Positions 13,381 through 26,050 of a stretch of 64,000 nucleotides of DNA are shown piece after piece; position 1 is the stretch's first letter, and every line of letters starts with the position of its first letter. Where the stretch lies: assembly GCA_010909165.1 (NCBI GenBank), contig MU008170.1, forward strand, positions 1,690,772 to 1,754,771. The letters are read 5' to 3'. A model generated the notes under the pieces. The model saw nothing but the letters and a program-made list of their open reading frames with translations. It had not been told where the DNA came from and made no database searches. A program made the translations under genes and the position numbers. Source of the DNA: Anthoceros angustus. Lineage: Eukaryota; Plantae; Anthocerotophyta.

Positions 13381-13466
13381 GAAACCCGTCCTCAGCGGAC
13401 TTAAATAAAATTCTTCTTCTTCTTCTTATCATCTTATTTATGTTGTTGTTATTCGTAGAAATGTTC

Positions 13467-13574
13467 ACCTTGTGGTCGGGGGCTCGAACCCCCCGTGTGG
13501 CGGTGTGCCCAGCACATGACTGAAACAGCTCGAACCCCCCGTGTGGCGGTGTGCCCAGCACATGACTGAAACAG
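13467..13574 (+). repeat. tRNA-Lys 3'-half-like sequence followed by a perfect 46-bp tandem duplication (SINE-like remnant)
   Basis: accttgtggtcgggggctcgaaccccccgtgtggcg resembles tRNA-Lys ACCTTGTGGTCGTGGGTTCGAGCCCCACGGTGGGCG. Duplication at 13483-13528 / 13529-13574. Confidence 0.6.
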
Positions 13575-13629
13575 TAATATCGCAGTTAGACGTAAGGTTT
13601 TGCATACACTAAGTACATAGTGTACGTTC

Positions 13630-14255
13630 TCTGCAGCCCATCTTTGCAGAGATCGAACATGAGGAAGTGGGAAGCTATAGGGTAGCGTTTGCTGGTAGTC
13701 AGGCGGACAGAGCTGGTGAAGAGGCCGCTGTTCTAGCTGCAAACCCAGTTGAAACTCCAGTTAGGAGAGAGAAGGCGCAGAAGGGAAAGGCTGCTGCTGC
13801 TTAGGGTAAGGAGGTTCCACTCATAGTGGCAAGGCTGGACATTCGGGTTGAAGTTATTAGGAAAGTGCAAAGGCATCCAGATACAGACTCTTGGTATGTC
13901 GAGGAGATTGATGTGGGTGACACAGCACCACGCACTGTGGTGAGCGGTCTGCTGAAGTACGTCCCGACTCCCCATTGAAGCCATGGAGAATCACCGTAGT
14001 CCTGTGCAATCTCAAGCCTGCCAACAAGTGCGGCAGCAGGGCTTAAGCTTTAGTGCTGCTTCAAACTCTGACCATATTCTGGAGCAACTGGTGGCTCCTC
14101 CCAAATGTGCACCAGCATGAGAAAGGGTGCAGTTTCCAGGCTTTCCAGGCGAACCAGATAACGTGCTCAATCCCAAGTAGAAGATTCGGGAAACAGTGCA
14201 GCCGGACTTGATCACCAACAAGTATCTGGTTGCTTGTCACAAAGAGACCTCACCA
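13630..14255 (+). pseudogene. Intron-free pseudogene fragment of cytosolic methionyl-tRNA synthetase C-terminus (linker + tRNA-binding OB fold)
   Basis: PIFAEIEHEEV..AFAGSQADR, then [62 protein letters not shown], with in-frame stops and frameshifts. Confidence 0.85.
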
Positions 14256-14714
14256 CAACCACCGCGTGGTGCAATCCGCGGTGCAATTTGTTTAGAAGTG
14301 GTGCAATCCGGTAGACCATCGGAGAAATCATCAGTATTGCATGGTCGATTCCATTTGTGTGTTCACGAACAGCATTGGTACGCGATGGTGGCTCAACAGG
14401 TGGTTCAGCATGATGGCACCAGCCCAAGCTTTTCCATTACATGTCCTTGCTGTGCTAAAGTACAATGTCCCTTTTCCTCGGGTCAAGGGAAAGTCCTTCA
14501 CTGCTCTGAAGGAGAAGAAACAGAAAGAAACTTCACCAGACACGTAGCAAGGCGAGCCTCCTGTCTGCTTGGAATACAAGTCATATCCTTGCCAAAGCTT
14601 CAATTTTCAGGACTTTGTTCATCGAGCAGATGAACGGTCCAGGCATTCATAAGGTACACGGACTTGATACAAATTTCAGCAAGAGCGAAGGAAAGGAATT
14701 GCTTTCCCTCACGT

Positions 14715-17578
14715 TCATAATATAGCTGCTGTTCCCTCGTTTTGGTTGAGTTTCAAATGAATGTGGCCACCGGCCTTCACAATATAGTGCCAGGACCATG
14801 AACCTTGACTGGGTATTGGTTCCAAGGTCTTACAAAAACCTGTCCACAACACCAAATCGAAAAATGTCAATTCCTGAAGCACTACGGATAAGCAAAACCC
14901 AAGCCACTCTGAACGATATGATAATGAGCATACTCTTTACCTGCCTCAGACCCAGTGACCCGCATCCTGAATCCATCAGGCACTCGAAAACTTTGAGGCC
15001 CTTCAAACACAACGCCAAAAGCCTCAAACTCAGAGTTTCCTTCCAGTACTATCTCCAGTGACTCAAATCTCTTCATTTTCCGCTGCCAAAAAACATTTTC
15101 GGGACAGTTCCAATCCACCCCCTTGTTGACAACTTGGACTCTCTCCAACCTGCACCTCCCACAGCCATCTCCGTATCGTAGTAGCATTTCCCCATTCCGT
15201 GCCCTGGATGCTGAGCCCATGACATTATCAGCATGCACTATCAGGCTTCCATCAAGCTCTACATCCTTCCAGGAAAATTCTGCTATTTCCAGTTGTAACT
15301 CTGAACCTTCGGCTACGGAGCCCCCACGGATCTTCTGGCGGATCACATCCCAGAGCGGTCCTAATGCTGGGTGGAACAGTACGACAAAAGGAGGTGCGCT
15401 GTCCACATAACAATGGTTATTCTCCATCTGCGGCATCTTCACGCCACAGGAAGTAAGCAGATCAAACCCATTCCGGGTAACGTCTAAAAATGATCCATCG
15501 GGAGTCTGATGCAAAGTCTGCTCATTAGGCTTCCTCCTCCTCTTCGCTGAAGAAGTAACCTTCCTTCGCTGATTATAAGTTATAAACGTATCCAAATCCT
15601 CCATCAACTGGGGTGAGCGTCGAGAGCGAAACTGATTTACAAGAGAGTCCGCAACATTTTGCATCGTGCATTCCAGTCTACCAGCAAGAACACTGTGGTG
15701 TTGCCCCATAGAGTCCTCGAAAGTAACAGGTTTTTTCAGGTTTAAGATCATGCCTGGCAATGAAGCAGAGCACCCACTGGAAGCCACTTTCTCCACAGCC
15801 GCAAGATCAACAAATAATACATTCGTGTTGGCTGGATACTGGGCCTCCATGCTACCCGGAGAGACGGGCACATCGGGAATCCCAAGCTTGTTGAATTCCG
15901 TGTACTCAATACAGGTGACAGCATATTCCCAAGTGCCATCCCATGTGTTCCTCTCAACCAGCACGTTCACACCCTCGGCTGTCCCCACATTCCTCTTGCA
16001 GCTCGCAAAACCAAACTTTTTGTTATGATGAAGCCCAATACCCGATAGGGCAAGAAGCGTTACATCGGTGCCCGCCACAGGATTGCTAATCTGTCTGACA
16101 ATAGCTGCTTTCCGGCCCTTCTCCCGGAACCATCGGAAGACACCAGCATCTTTAGCCAGCTTCCAGATCACACCATGACCCCCGGGTTTCACTACTGCTG
16201 TCAGTGGCCCGCTGGTCAACCATCGCCCATCTGCAGCTGACACTGTGGGCACCAGCGGCTGCTCGAAAATTTTGAAGTTGCCTCGCCCACGGCCAAACCA
16301 ATCAAAGCTCTCACACAGGGCCTGTACTCTGTCGTTGTTTTTCTTAGCTGCACTCGACATGATGGCAACTGGGATCAATATCTGCTCTCCAAAAACCTTG
16401 AAGTGCAGATACTCTCTTGCTTGCAGATCCCGCACGAGACCTTCCAGCAAAGTCCTCCCACAATACGGCAACATGGCCACAGGCAAACACTCCCCAGTCA
16501 CATCATCCACAAGCCCCAGGCGGTCACCTGCACCGCCAAGAGGGTATATTTCACCCATTTCCGGCAATCCCTGGAGACCCCAGCTCGCAGCTTGGGCTGC
16601 ATAAGCTGCATTCTCCGACAGATCTGGCCCTGAAGGAACGTAGAAGCACCTGTTATCAGCACTGCAATGCCCACTCATGGCCTTAACGGCCTTCCTCTTC
16701 AACTGAGAGTTGTTGATGAGCTCCAAGGCTGCCACCTGGTACCCCACAATCCCTCCGATACAGTCATAGAATCTCTCCACTCTAGCCAGCACACTGATAA
16801 ACTTAGACAGTGCCAGATGCATCTGGCTCGAAACACCATCATCATGCCCTGCCCAGCTGCCCCGTTCCAGCCGCTTCACATCAAGCTTCCCCTGTGTCTT
16901 CTTCCTCCCTGCACCATCCCACCCATCAATCATCTGCGCAAGAACCACAAACGCTTCCTTCAGCAAGTGACCCTGGAACTGAGCCGAGCTGCTCCTCACC
17001 ATGTCACCATCCCGTCCCCCAGACCCATCCAAGTGCACGTCCTGCCAGGAAAACGGCACATCCAGAACATGCTCCTGACCCGCAGCGACCAGACACTTCA
17101 ACAGGTAAAGCTCCTCCGCATCCAGAACATGCATAGCCAACACCGCAGCCGGCTGCACGTAAACACTACCACCTGCCCTCCCAAAAACAGCCTGCACTCT
17201 CCGACAAGTGTCAAGCACAGCCACCTTCTCCTCCAGAGTCCCCAGCTTCAGCAGCCTCCTCTGCAACTCCTTCAGGTCCTGGATCTCCTGAACCAGGGCC
17301 TTGTCCCTTCGGCCCTCAGCATCCACCGGAGGAGACACCACCGGCGGCACGGACACCAGGGGGGAGGGGGAGATGCTGGAACCAAGCCGTGGCTGCGCAA
17401 CGTGCAAAGCAGCTCCCCTCTTGAATGCCCTAGGCTCCTTGTTCTGCCCCGCAGCCGAGGCCCTGAAGACCGTCCTTCGCAGCCCATCATCCGTCAGGCC
17501 AGAACCCAGCTCTCCAGGACATCTTCCGCACAAATGCAGAGGCGTTAATTTCACAGAATAAAATCCCACGCCAAACAT
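14715..17578 (-). CDS. UGP3: Plastid UTP-glucose-1-phosphate uridylyltransferase 3 (sulfolipid pathway), 2 exons
   Basis: ATG at 17578. Exon 1 (17578-14941) holds PLGGAGDRLGL, KPGGHG, PANTN, GRLECTMQN and QTPDGS. Intron 14840-14940 is GT..AG. Last exon GFCKTLEPIPSQGSWSWHY..AAIL*. Confidence 0.93.
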
Positions 17579-18434
17579 GGTAGCTACCCAACAAGGTGAA
17601 GAGTTCAGACGCGTCTCAACCCACTGTGAGGCGATTCAAACTCCACAACACCGACAATCGCACATTGTACAAACAAGTGGACATGCAACAGCAGCGTCCA
17701 GCTGCACCGACCGGCATGGCCGATGTTGCGGAGCAAGAGCAGCAGCAGAAACAGAGGCCATGGCAAGGCAATTCAGGAGACTAGCAAACATTGAATTTCG
17801 CGACCCAGCAATCCTAATCCTCCGCGCACCACCGCTCTGCTCCCCTCACATCACATCCTGCAAATTCCAGCCGGCAGGCAACTTGATCACGTAAGCACAT
17901 CAACTGGCGGCAATCGGGCGTGAGATCCGATCCTGGATTGCCTTGGTGCTCGCAGCGAGCTCAAAAAGTCCTGGGTGGAGGCCTGCCATGACGTAATATG
18001 CTACGGAGATGCGGGGGAGATCCGTTACGGAGCAGGCAGCTGGTCCCGGGCATATCCGCGCGTCTGCGATGCTATGCTGGAAGTTTGTTGCATGCGCTAA
18101 TAAAGGAGATGGCAGCGACGCACCTGGGTTGCAGGCAGGCAGACAGCGCCAGCGCCGACACTTGTGGTTGGCCTTCGCCGCTGCCAGCATATCCGATACC
18201 CAAAGGATACTCGTGCAAATGTGCAAATATTCAAAGTTTCAAACTCAAGGCAGGACATGGACTTGTGTCAGCGGAAACCTTCCACGCAGGATTTTTCTGC
18301 ACGGTTGGGGAGTCCGTTGGGAACCCTAAATTCATAAATGGGTTAGCTTGAGGAGCTGCAACACGGGCCCCGATTTTCTGGGGTCATGGAGCTGACTGTA
18401 CAAGGACATTGGACCGGTAGGACTGGAGACTTAT

Positions 18435-20274
18435 CTAGGTTAAGACCGGAGACGAGGGGTTGCTGTCGGATCGACTCCACCTGCGGAACCTCTGCTCTAG
18501 ATCTGCGATGACAGCTGTTTGCTGCTTCTTGCTCTGCTTGGGGATGGAGAGCATCCATAGCGACCCGACTTTCTCCGAAGCAGCCTGCCAAACACGCGTG
18601 CTTTAGCTTCCTGGACGGAAAGCCCTAACGCGCTGACGCTATGTCGGATTTGCAGGCGTGGCGTATACTTACCTTGAACAGAACGTCAGGGTCGTACATT
18701 CGGTGGGTTACATTTTGTAACACAGTGATCGTCTCGCCGATGTGATTGGTAGCCAGCAACTCATCTTCTCTTATCTGCGATCAGGTGGACACATTAGCCG
18801 TGAAGCCAACAACTTTGTGATATCAGCCTGCTAAGGCCTGAGGATCAAGATACCGTTACGCAACAGCTGTGCACACCTTGAATATCGCCAAAGCCACTCT
18901 GAACAAGAACTTCACTCCCTCGTTAAATACGACGTCCCACACTCTCAAAGTTGTCTGTAGCATGGCAAAGATTACTTAATGCTGGTAGGGCCACATGAAG
19001 AGAAAACGATATCCGCCAGATATGCAAAGCATTGACTAATGAAGCTCTTACCTCAGACGGGAAACTTTTAGCAAAAAGACACAGAAACCATTCCGTGGTG
19101 ATCAGCGAGATGTCAAAGCCAATATGATCAAAATGGGCTGCCAGCCTGTGAAAGCCACCAAGACTTATGAGACACGAACTTGAAGGTGCTAACTCTACGG
19201 TCGCGTACAAACATGTGGAGTTAGACAACGCACCGTGGACATTTTTTCACAAAAACTTCGTTGAAGACACGCTGCTGGACGTGACACCCTGTCAGATTCT
19301 CCGAGTAACAATCACTGAACAGAACATTTTCCAGCAATACGGCGAGCATCCAGAAGGCCTGTTCCTCGGTTTTCATCACAAGAAGCAACAGTGCTGCCAC
19401 ATAGTTCATTCCCTGCATAGAGTAAGCAGGCTTGGCGTTATAATCCATCCATTCCCCCAAAACCTTAACAGGGCCTCGGATTCGCACAAGTTAAAGCTTT
19501 TGATACACAGGAAAGGCACTCCTACCTGGCAATAACCAATATGAGAATCTCGAAATGAGTAGGCAACGAGGACCCGACGCAATGTAGCCCTTCCTTCCTC
19601 GCTGTTCACCCAAGGATGAGATGGAAATGTTCTGGATAGATCCTACAGGACGTCACACCCGGTAAGATGTTGCCTTGCCTCAGGAGGCCTTGAAGTTAAG
19701 CAAGTTGGCAGATAGGGACCACGTCTACAGACATCTCCTGCTTTGGAACGAGCTCAAATGGGAAACTTACCCGGTCAATCTGGTGTGTCGCAGGGGTTTG
19801 CCTATCAACCACAGCTTCAGTGAGGTCCTGGTAGTAACTATCGGGCACTGTGGATCGCTTCTTGGCAGCCCCAGACAAAGCCTGCCAAACTCGAGGTCTC
19901 AGAGACGGAGGGATGCCTTTCCAAATCAGCTTCTTCAGCTGGACAGACCTTGTTAGGTTGGATATGGAGAGAGATGACACAAGGTTGCCCTGCTCAGAAT
20001 GAGCCGAAATTTCCGGCTGGAGATACCATCCTGCACCCTTGTTTGCCTCCATAGCCCACCACACCCGACCCTGCTCGGCAACCCTCTCCTTCACGAGATT
20101 GAAAACCACAGCATCTTCAGCAGACAGCTCGAGACAGAAGCCATACATATCTACAACTTTAACGGTGATGTTCTTCCGTGTGTGAGTCAATCCTCTGCTC
20201 TCCACTCGGGTTTCCCCGGGATAACCTCGAACCAGGGCATCCTGAGAACCTCCCAAACGCTCAAAGCCGAACAT
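18435..20274 (-). CDS. Rab-GAP TBC-domain protein (Ypt/Rab-GAP gyp1-like), intact copy A, multi-exon
   Basis: Start MFGFERL at 20274; [30 protein letters not shown]; catalytic R-finger IDR|DLSRTFP and Q-finger YCQ|GMNY; TEWFLCLF. Last exons [34 protein letters not shown]|AASEKVG..PVLT*. Confidence 0.93.
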
Positions 20275-21845
20275 ATTCGTGGCTGTTCCACGGGATGACG
20301 GTAGGGTTGCTGTAGGACTTCCCCAAATAAATTTAGCCGCTCTTGGCTCTTCCGAATCCTCCCACCAGCGGCTCGCGTGCACGTTTTGAGACTCGCATGT
20401 CGTCTGAAGAACCCCAATTGTCTGTCTGCGCTCAGTAGACCTCGGTTACACTCCTGCTCCGATTCTCATATGTTAGATAAATATTTCGGTTACACTCCTG
20501 GTCTGATCCGCTGCTAGTATGATCCTCATGTGCTGGACATATGTCAGTCACATTGCACGCTTCATCCCGCAGTCATGCAGCTTTCAAATGACCAAGCCTC
20601 GGCAGCAAAACCACCTGACAAACATACCACAAAATCCATCAAAGAGACGTTCCGATCCACTATCCTCACCACTACAGCAATCCTGGAAAGGCAGAACTGG
20701 CAAATCACTTCACCAAGCCAGAATGCCAGCGATTCCCCTCCTGAACGGGACGAGAGGTTGCAAATGAGTCGAACCGCAAACGTACGGGTTGCCAAATTCC
20801 GACCACAGCTCGGAAGGCTGATTTCCGGCACTCTTGCGCATCAACGATCAGCAGACCTAAAGGCAGCAGGCACTCGAAAACACTCTAACCACGAATCACA
20901 GCAAGCGCAATGTCTGCTACGCCGCAAAGCAAGCGCTCCCGTTCGGCATCACACAACCCCAGCAGAACACATGATGCGCCAGTTCAAATTCCGAACGAAG
21001 CAAGCCAGAAAGAAAACACGGAAACCGTACAATGCCATTCGAAAAACATGCAGCCACTCCAAAAACAGGACAGCTCGCGTCACAGCTACCGGCAAGCACA
21101 ATCCACTTCAACAAAACTCACCAGACACAGATCGGGCACAGCGCATCCGTCCTGAAGCACACGGTCACCTCCCGCTCCTGGACGTCGCAGCTAGCCCTGA
21201 CCGAGATCCGCTCCCACGGCTCCAACGGTCTCCATCTTCACCAAACCAGCAGCAGCGCAGGAAACAGGAACAAGCAGCGCAGCGGGGGCAACAGAACCCG
21301 GCGTCTGAGAGCGGAAGCTGGCGGAAGGGCCGGGCATAACCGACAAAGCAAAGCGCCACCGATCCACGGCCCAGCCAGCCACCTTGCGGGAGCGCATCAA
21401 GCCGAGGCTCAAAATCGCAGATTTTCCCGCCCGCTGCACAAGCAAAAGCAGCAGGCGGCATTGCACCAACCAGCTGCGGGCGCGTGGGGTTTGCGACAGA
21501 GGAGGAGGCGGAGAAGCAACAGCAGAAGCAGCAGTCGTAGCAGATGTGAAGACGTAGAGCATGTGGAGGCGCTGTTGGAGGCAAGCTAACAGAGATGTGG
21601 GGCGTTGCCTTCGCACAGGCTGTTACGGCCCGACGACCACGTGCCAGGATAACTTAGCACTTAGCCTTGCCAACTGGAACGAGGCTACCTGGAAGAAGAA
21701 GTCGCACGACCGTCGGCGCCGCGTTAGAGAATCCCACTGGGAGTGTGTCACCGGCTGCCTCAGCCCGCAGCGAAATAGAAAAAGGCCGCAAGTCTCCCGG
21801 TCGTGAGGGAAATGGCCCAGTGTACACTAGGGGAATGTGGAGACT

Positions 21846-22750
21846 TTATAAAAGGAACGAGATGGGAAATCTCATCTACCCGGAGGAAAAAAGGGGACAA
21901 CCACGACGGAGCACCAGGTTAGTGCTCCCGCACTGATCTACCCTATAACCCTCAATCGTCCCCAAGATGTCGTCGTCCAAGATAGGGAAGGGTCTACTTA
22001 TCATTGGAGCCACCGATGCCGCATCTCCAGCACTCGTGATCATCCTAAAGATGGCGCTGGCCAACACCCTTTGCAGGGGATGGAAACCCGTTGCCTGAAA
22101 TATGCCACGACACTGGAAAGGGCTCCCGGAGGCCAACCCCGTCCCTATTGTTGTGGTAGGCCCTTGCGTACTCCTTGATAAAACGAGAAAAAACCTTACC
22201 TAAGGCCCTATGGGTTTCAATGGCAAGGGGATGAAAATGTGACCTTGTTGCATGGGCCTGTACTTGTAAATTTTCTTAGTTGCGCTCCCTTCCGCCGCTC
22301 AACCTAGAGGATTGATGATGACATGGTTGCTAACGGAATCTTTGGTTGGGTCAGTGACAACCACGTCCGCAACCGAGATATCGTCCCCCCGCGTCAAGAA
22401 AAGGTCAGCTCTGATAGAGACGCCATTAAGCAGAGTATACTGCCGCTCCTTGAAAGGGAAGAAACCGCTCTCCTTGGCCATCGAGAACATGACGTCTTGA
22501 ACGGCGTCGTATGTAGCAATACTTGTCCACCCATTGGACCACGCACTAAGTGGGCTCCAGGGTCGTCGATGGAGGGCCCACAGCAACCGGCCGGAAGAGA
22601 ACAGGCTAGTGGTTGGACCAGACCCAGGCGAAACTTCATCGCGGTAGAAAAAGAAGCTGGTGCGATTCGGAACGCCTGGATGCAAGGGCAGGCCAGGAGC
22701 CAGGAACCTGCACCCTTCCCTGAGCAAGAGCGAAGACGAGCTCTAGTAGG
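21846..22750 (-). mobile_element. 5'-truncated CRE-like non-LTR fragment (RLE end), unit 1
   Basis: ORF 22299-22727 has RADLFL..ADVVVTDP, followed by KKIYKY..FIP. Its 3' end ..tttcccatctcgttcctttttataaa is homologous to the 8.9 kb element. Confidence 0.75.
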
Positions 22751-23424
22751 AGAGGAATAGACACCAGGTAGGTGGTAACACCAGGAAAGGCTTATATAAG
22801 AAGCTACATATACAGTGAATTTTCTATTTAGTCACCTAGTCGGTCCTGTAACATTTTGTGATTCTTACAATACATCATCACAATCAATGCAATTAAAAAT
22901 ATTATTTTTTCTCTTCCTACAAGACTTTTGTTTTCAACAATTTATCATTCAAGGTTACCAAATACCCCAAGTGCACTATCCGTAATAGGGAGCAAGAGCA
23001 GATCAGCAAGTATATGTTTTTTCCACTCCTCGCTGGTTAGAAGGGTGTGGCACAAAGTGGAAAAGTGGAGGGGACGCAGATGCAAGGTGTGGAGAAGTTG
23101 ATGGCGGCCGGTTTGTGGTGGGCCCATGCCAAATGTCTTAAGATTCAAGCGATGCAAAAGGTCTTTACTACTAGTTCAAGTTTTTAATCACGAGATAAAA
23201 GATAAGGGTAAGTCAAGATGAGGACATATTTAGATTACGAGGTTCACAAAAGGGTTGAAACGCTAGAAGGAACCCTTTAAAATGAAAAAATCAAAAAAGT
23301 AAAAGAACAAAAATGCCAAAACTCAAGCAGCATCGCACTTGTATCTAAAACTGAAATTTTTTGGGTTTGTTTCATATTTGTTTTTGATGTTTTGTTCATT
23401 TTTTTGGGAATGGACCGTATGGGA

Positions 23425-25170
23425 ATGCACTAGGAAGCATGGACCGTATGGGTTCATGCCTCTACGGTCTTCTTGACCCCAGGTGCACACACAAGTGCAT
23501 ATTCTTAAAGTCTACATTTTGCTGTAATCCCATTGTAATGCACTATAGTGAACTTTTTATATACATACTCATGTTTGATCGAGGCTAGGCTAGGCGCGAG
23601 ACGCGGTCACATTCATTCGTAAGTCTACCGAAATCGAACCCCGAGGAGTAAGGAGGTCCAAATATTCGCACTTGTGCAGATGGCACTCCATGCAAAGATG
23701 GCACTTGCCCATTGGAGGGCCCAAGCCACGGGACTAGCTCTCGTTACCTGGAAGCTATCTATAACTCCCAATCTTAGGATTCTTTACCCTGGAGCTATTT
23801 TTAAGCTATTTAAGATGTCAGTAGTCTAGAATAAGGAAGGGTATGCTTGCCACTAGACCTGAAGATGCAGCGCCTTCCTCATTCGAAGTCCTCTTGATAA
23901 TCCCTTTGCGGTTGCCGAAGAAAGCCACCACAAAACACGATTGCGGAAGAAAGCCACCACCAAGCGAAGGTGACAAAAATACAATGTTTTGGATTCTTAA
24001 TTCTTTATCATATATTAAATTATATATATTATGATTTATGTATACAAACGATTCAAGATCTCCTCCATATGGGGGGGTGTGTGTGGAGACGAAGTAAACG
24101 GGAATAAACTTAGCGTGTCTTGCGGACTCGGTGAAGAGAAATCGACGAACCCCGTTTTTTGAGTGGGATGTGATGCCCAATTATATTTATCTTGGTTTTT
24201 GTTCTTCGCTTTAACAATTAATCATAACAAAAAATACAAATAATATCTCCTTGTTGAATTGAGCCAAGAAAGGCCACAGCAAGGAGAGCATGCAAGTTCA
24301 GCCATGCACTAGGAAGCATGGACCGTATGGTTCATGCCTCTATCTTCTTGACCCAGTGCACACACAAGTGCATATTCTTAAAGTCTACATTTTCTTGTAA
24401 TCCCATTGTAATGCACTATAGTGAACTTTTTATATACATACTCATGTTTGATCGAGGCTAGGCTAGGCGCGAGCACGGTCACATTCATTCGTAAGTCTAC
24501 CTCGAACCCCGGGGAGTAAGGAGGTCCAAATATTCGCACTTGTGCACGAGATGGCACTCCATGCAAAGATGGCACTTGCCCATTGGAGGGCCCAAGCCAC
24601 GGGACTAGCTCTCGTTACAGGCTATCTATAACTCCCAATCTTAGGATTCTTTACCACAGGCTATTTTTAAGCTATTTAAGATGTCGGTAGTCTAGAATAA
24701 GGAAGGGTATGCTTGCCACTAGACCTGAAGATGCAGCGCCTTCCTCATTCGAAGTCCTCTTGATAATCCCTTTGCAGGTTGCCGAAAGAAAGCCACCACA
24801 AAACACGATTGCCGGAAGAAAGCCACCACAAAACGAAAGGTGACAAAAAATACAATGTTTCTGTGGATTCTTAATTCTTTATCATATATTAAATTATATA
24901 TATTATGATTTATGTATACAAACGATTCAAGATCTCCTCCATATGGGGTGTGTGTGGAGCAGTAAGCGGAATAAACTTAGCGTGTCTTGCGGACTCGGTG
25001 AGAAATCGCGAACCCGTTTTTGAGTGGGATGTGATGCCCAATTATATTTATCTTGGTTTTGTTCTTCGCTTTAACAATTAATCATAACAAAAAATACAAA
25101 TAATATCTCCTTGTTGAATTGAGCCAAGAAAGGCCACAGCAAGGAGAGCATGCCGAAGTTCCAGCCCATG
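23425..25170. repeat. ~880-bp direct tandem duplication, non-coding; single copy in unit 2
   Basis: atgcactaggaagcatggaccgtatgg.. starts at about 23425 and 24305, and the segments align throughout. Confidence 0.85.
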
Positions 25171-25724
25171 CAGCTACTAGTACATAATGCGGCTTTGCCC
25201 CGGAAAAACCAAATGAAAGTAGGGTTTCGCCAACTCATGATTGAAATGTACAAGCGCGGTGGCCTATGCTCCTTGCTCATGCATCACAATCTGGACTGTG
25301 GAACTGTTCCGTGCCATTCACAATCATAAAAACACCATCCAAATGTGACAAACAATGCAACAAACTACACCCACACAAATACCAGGAACCGGGCCAGAAC
25401 TACTTGCCGAAGGAGAAGTGGCAAACCTGAATTGCAACCAGGAAATCATCTGCGACGCCAGGAGGGAAGAAGACATCTGGAAGCTTCTTGGTTTTTCCAG
25501 CACACATCCATCACAAGATGCAGGTTTGCTTCAAAGAATCATCCAAACGGAAGTAACCAGCCAACAATCATCGACATCCTGCCATCAGCTCAATACACTC
25601 AATCTGGACATCCTACCTGGTACTGCACCAAACTCAAATACTATGCAACTTCGAAGTCAGCTGTCTAGCATTGGAAGACTCCAATTCCAATTCCCTTCTC
25701 GAAATAGTATTTTGCAATCTCTCT

Positions 25725-25850
25725 CTGCAGCAGCAGGCTTTCCCTTCTACAACGTCTTTCTCCCAACTAGAGTTTCTACCGTGTTCGCAGCTGGAATAGC
25801 TGCCTCCGCAGCAGCCCTGTCCGCCCGACTCCCACAAGCATCTTTCAAAG
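25725..25850 (-). pseudogene. Short MetRS linker fragment, unit 1
   Basis: The minus strand reads GSRADRAAAEAAIPAANTVETLVGRKTL*KGKPAAA, colinear at DNA level with GSQADRAGEEAAVLAANPVETPVRREKAQKGKAAAA at 13.70-13.80 kb. Confidence 0.65.
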
Positions 25851-26050
25851 GGGATAAGAGCCCTTGCAACCTAGTCGAACATTGTCCAACTCCGCTCTTG
25901 TCGTTTCAGTCTTGTACTCCTATCCATGCCTCATCAGAAAGACCATAAAAAAGCAAGACACTTCGCGATCTGAAAAACAAAACAGTGCCAAGGCAGTCAC
26001 AGCTGTATACCTCGACGAAGATGCTACCGAATTGTATGCATCATCGTGTG

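Noticed and set aside
16667-17548. 293-aa plus-strand ORF
   Set aside because: Antisense shadow of the GC-rich UGP3 exon, with no recognisable motif.
20530-21616. Long ORFs upstream of TBC on both strands
   Set aside because: Low complexity, and frames are not conserved among the three repeat copies; more likely 5' UTR, intron or promoter of TBC.
25355-25948. 197-aa plus-strand ORF
   Set aside because: No motif, the frame diverges in unit 2, and the only recognisable homology (MetRS) is on the opposite strand.
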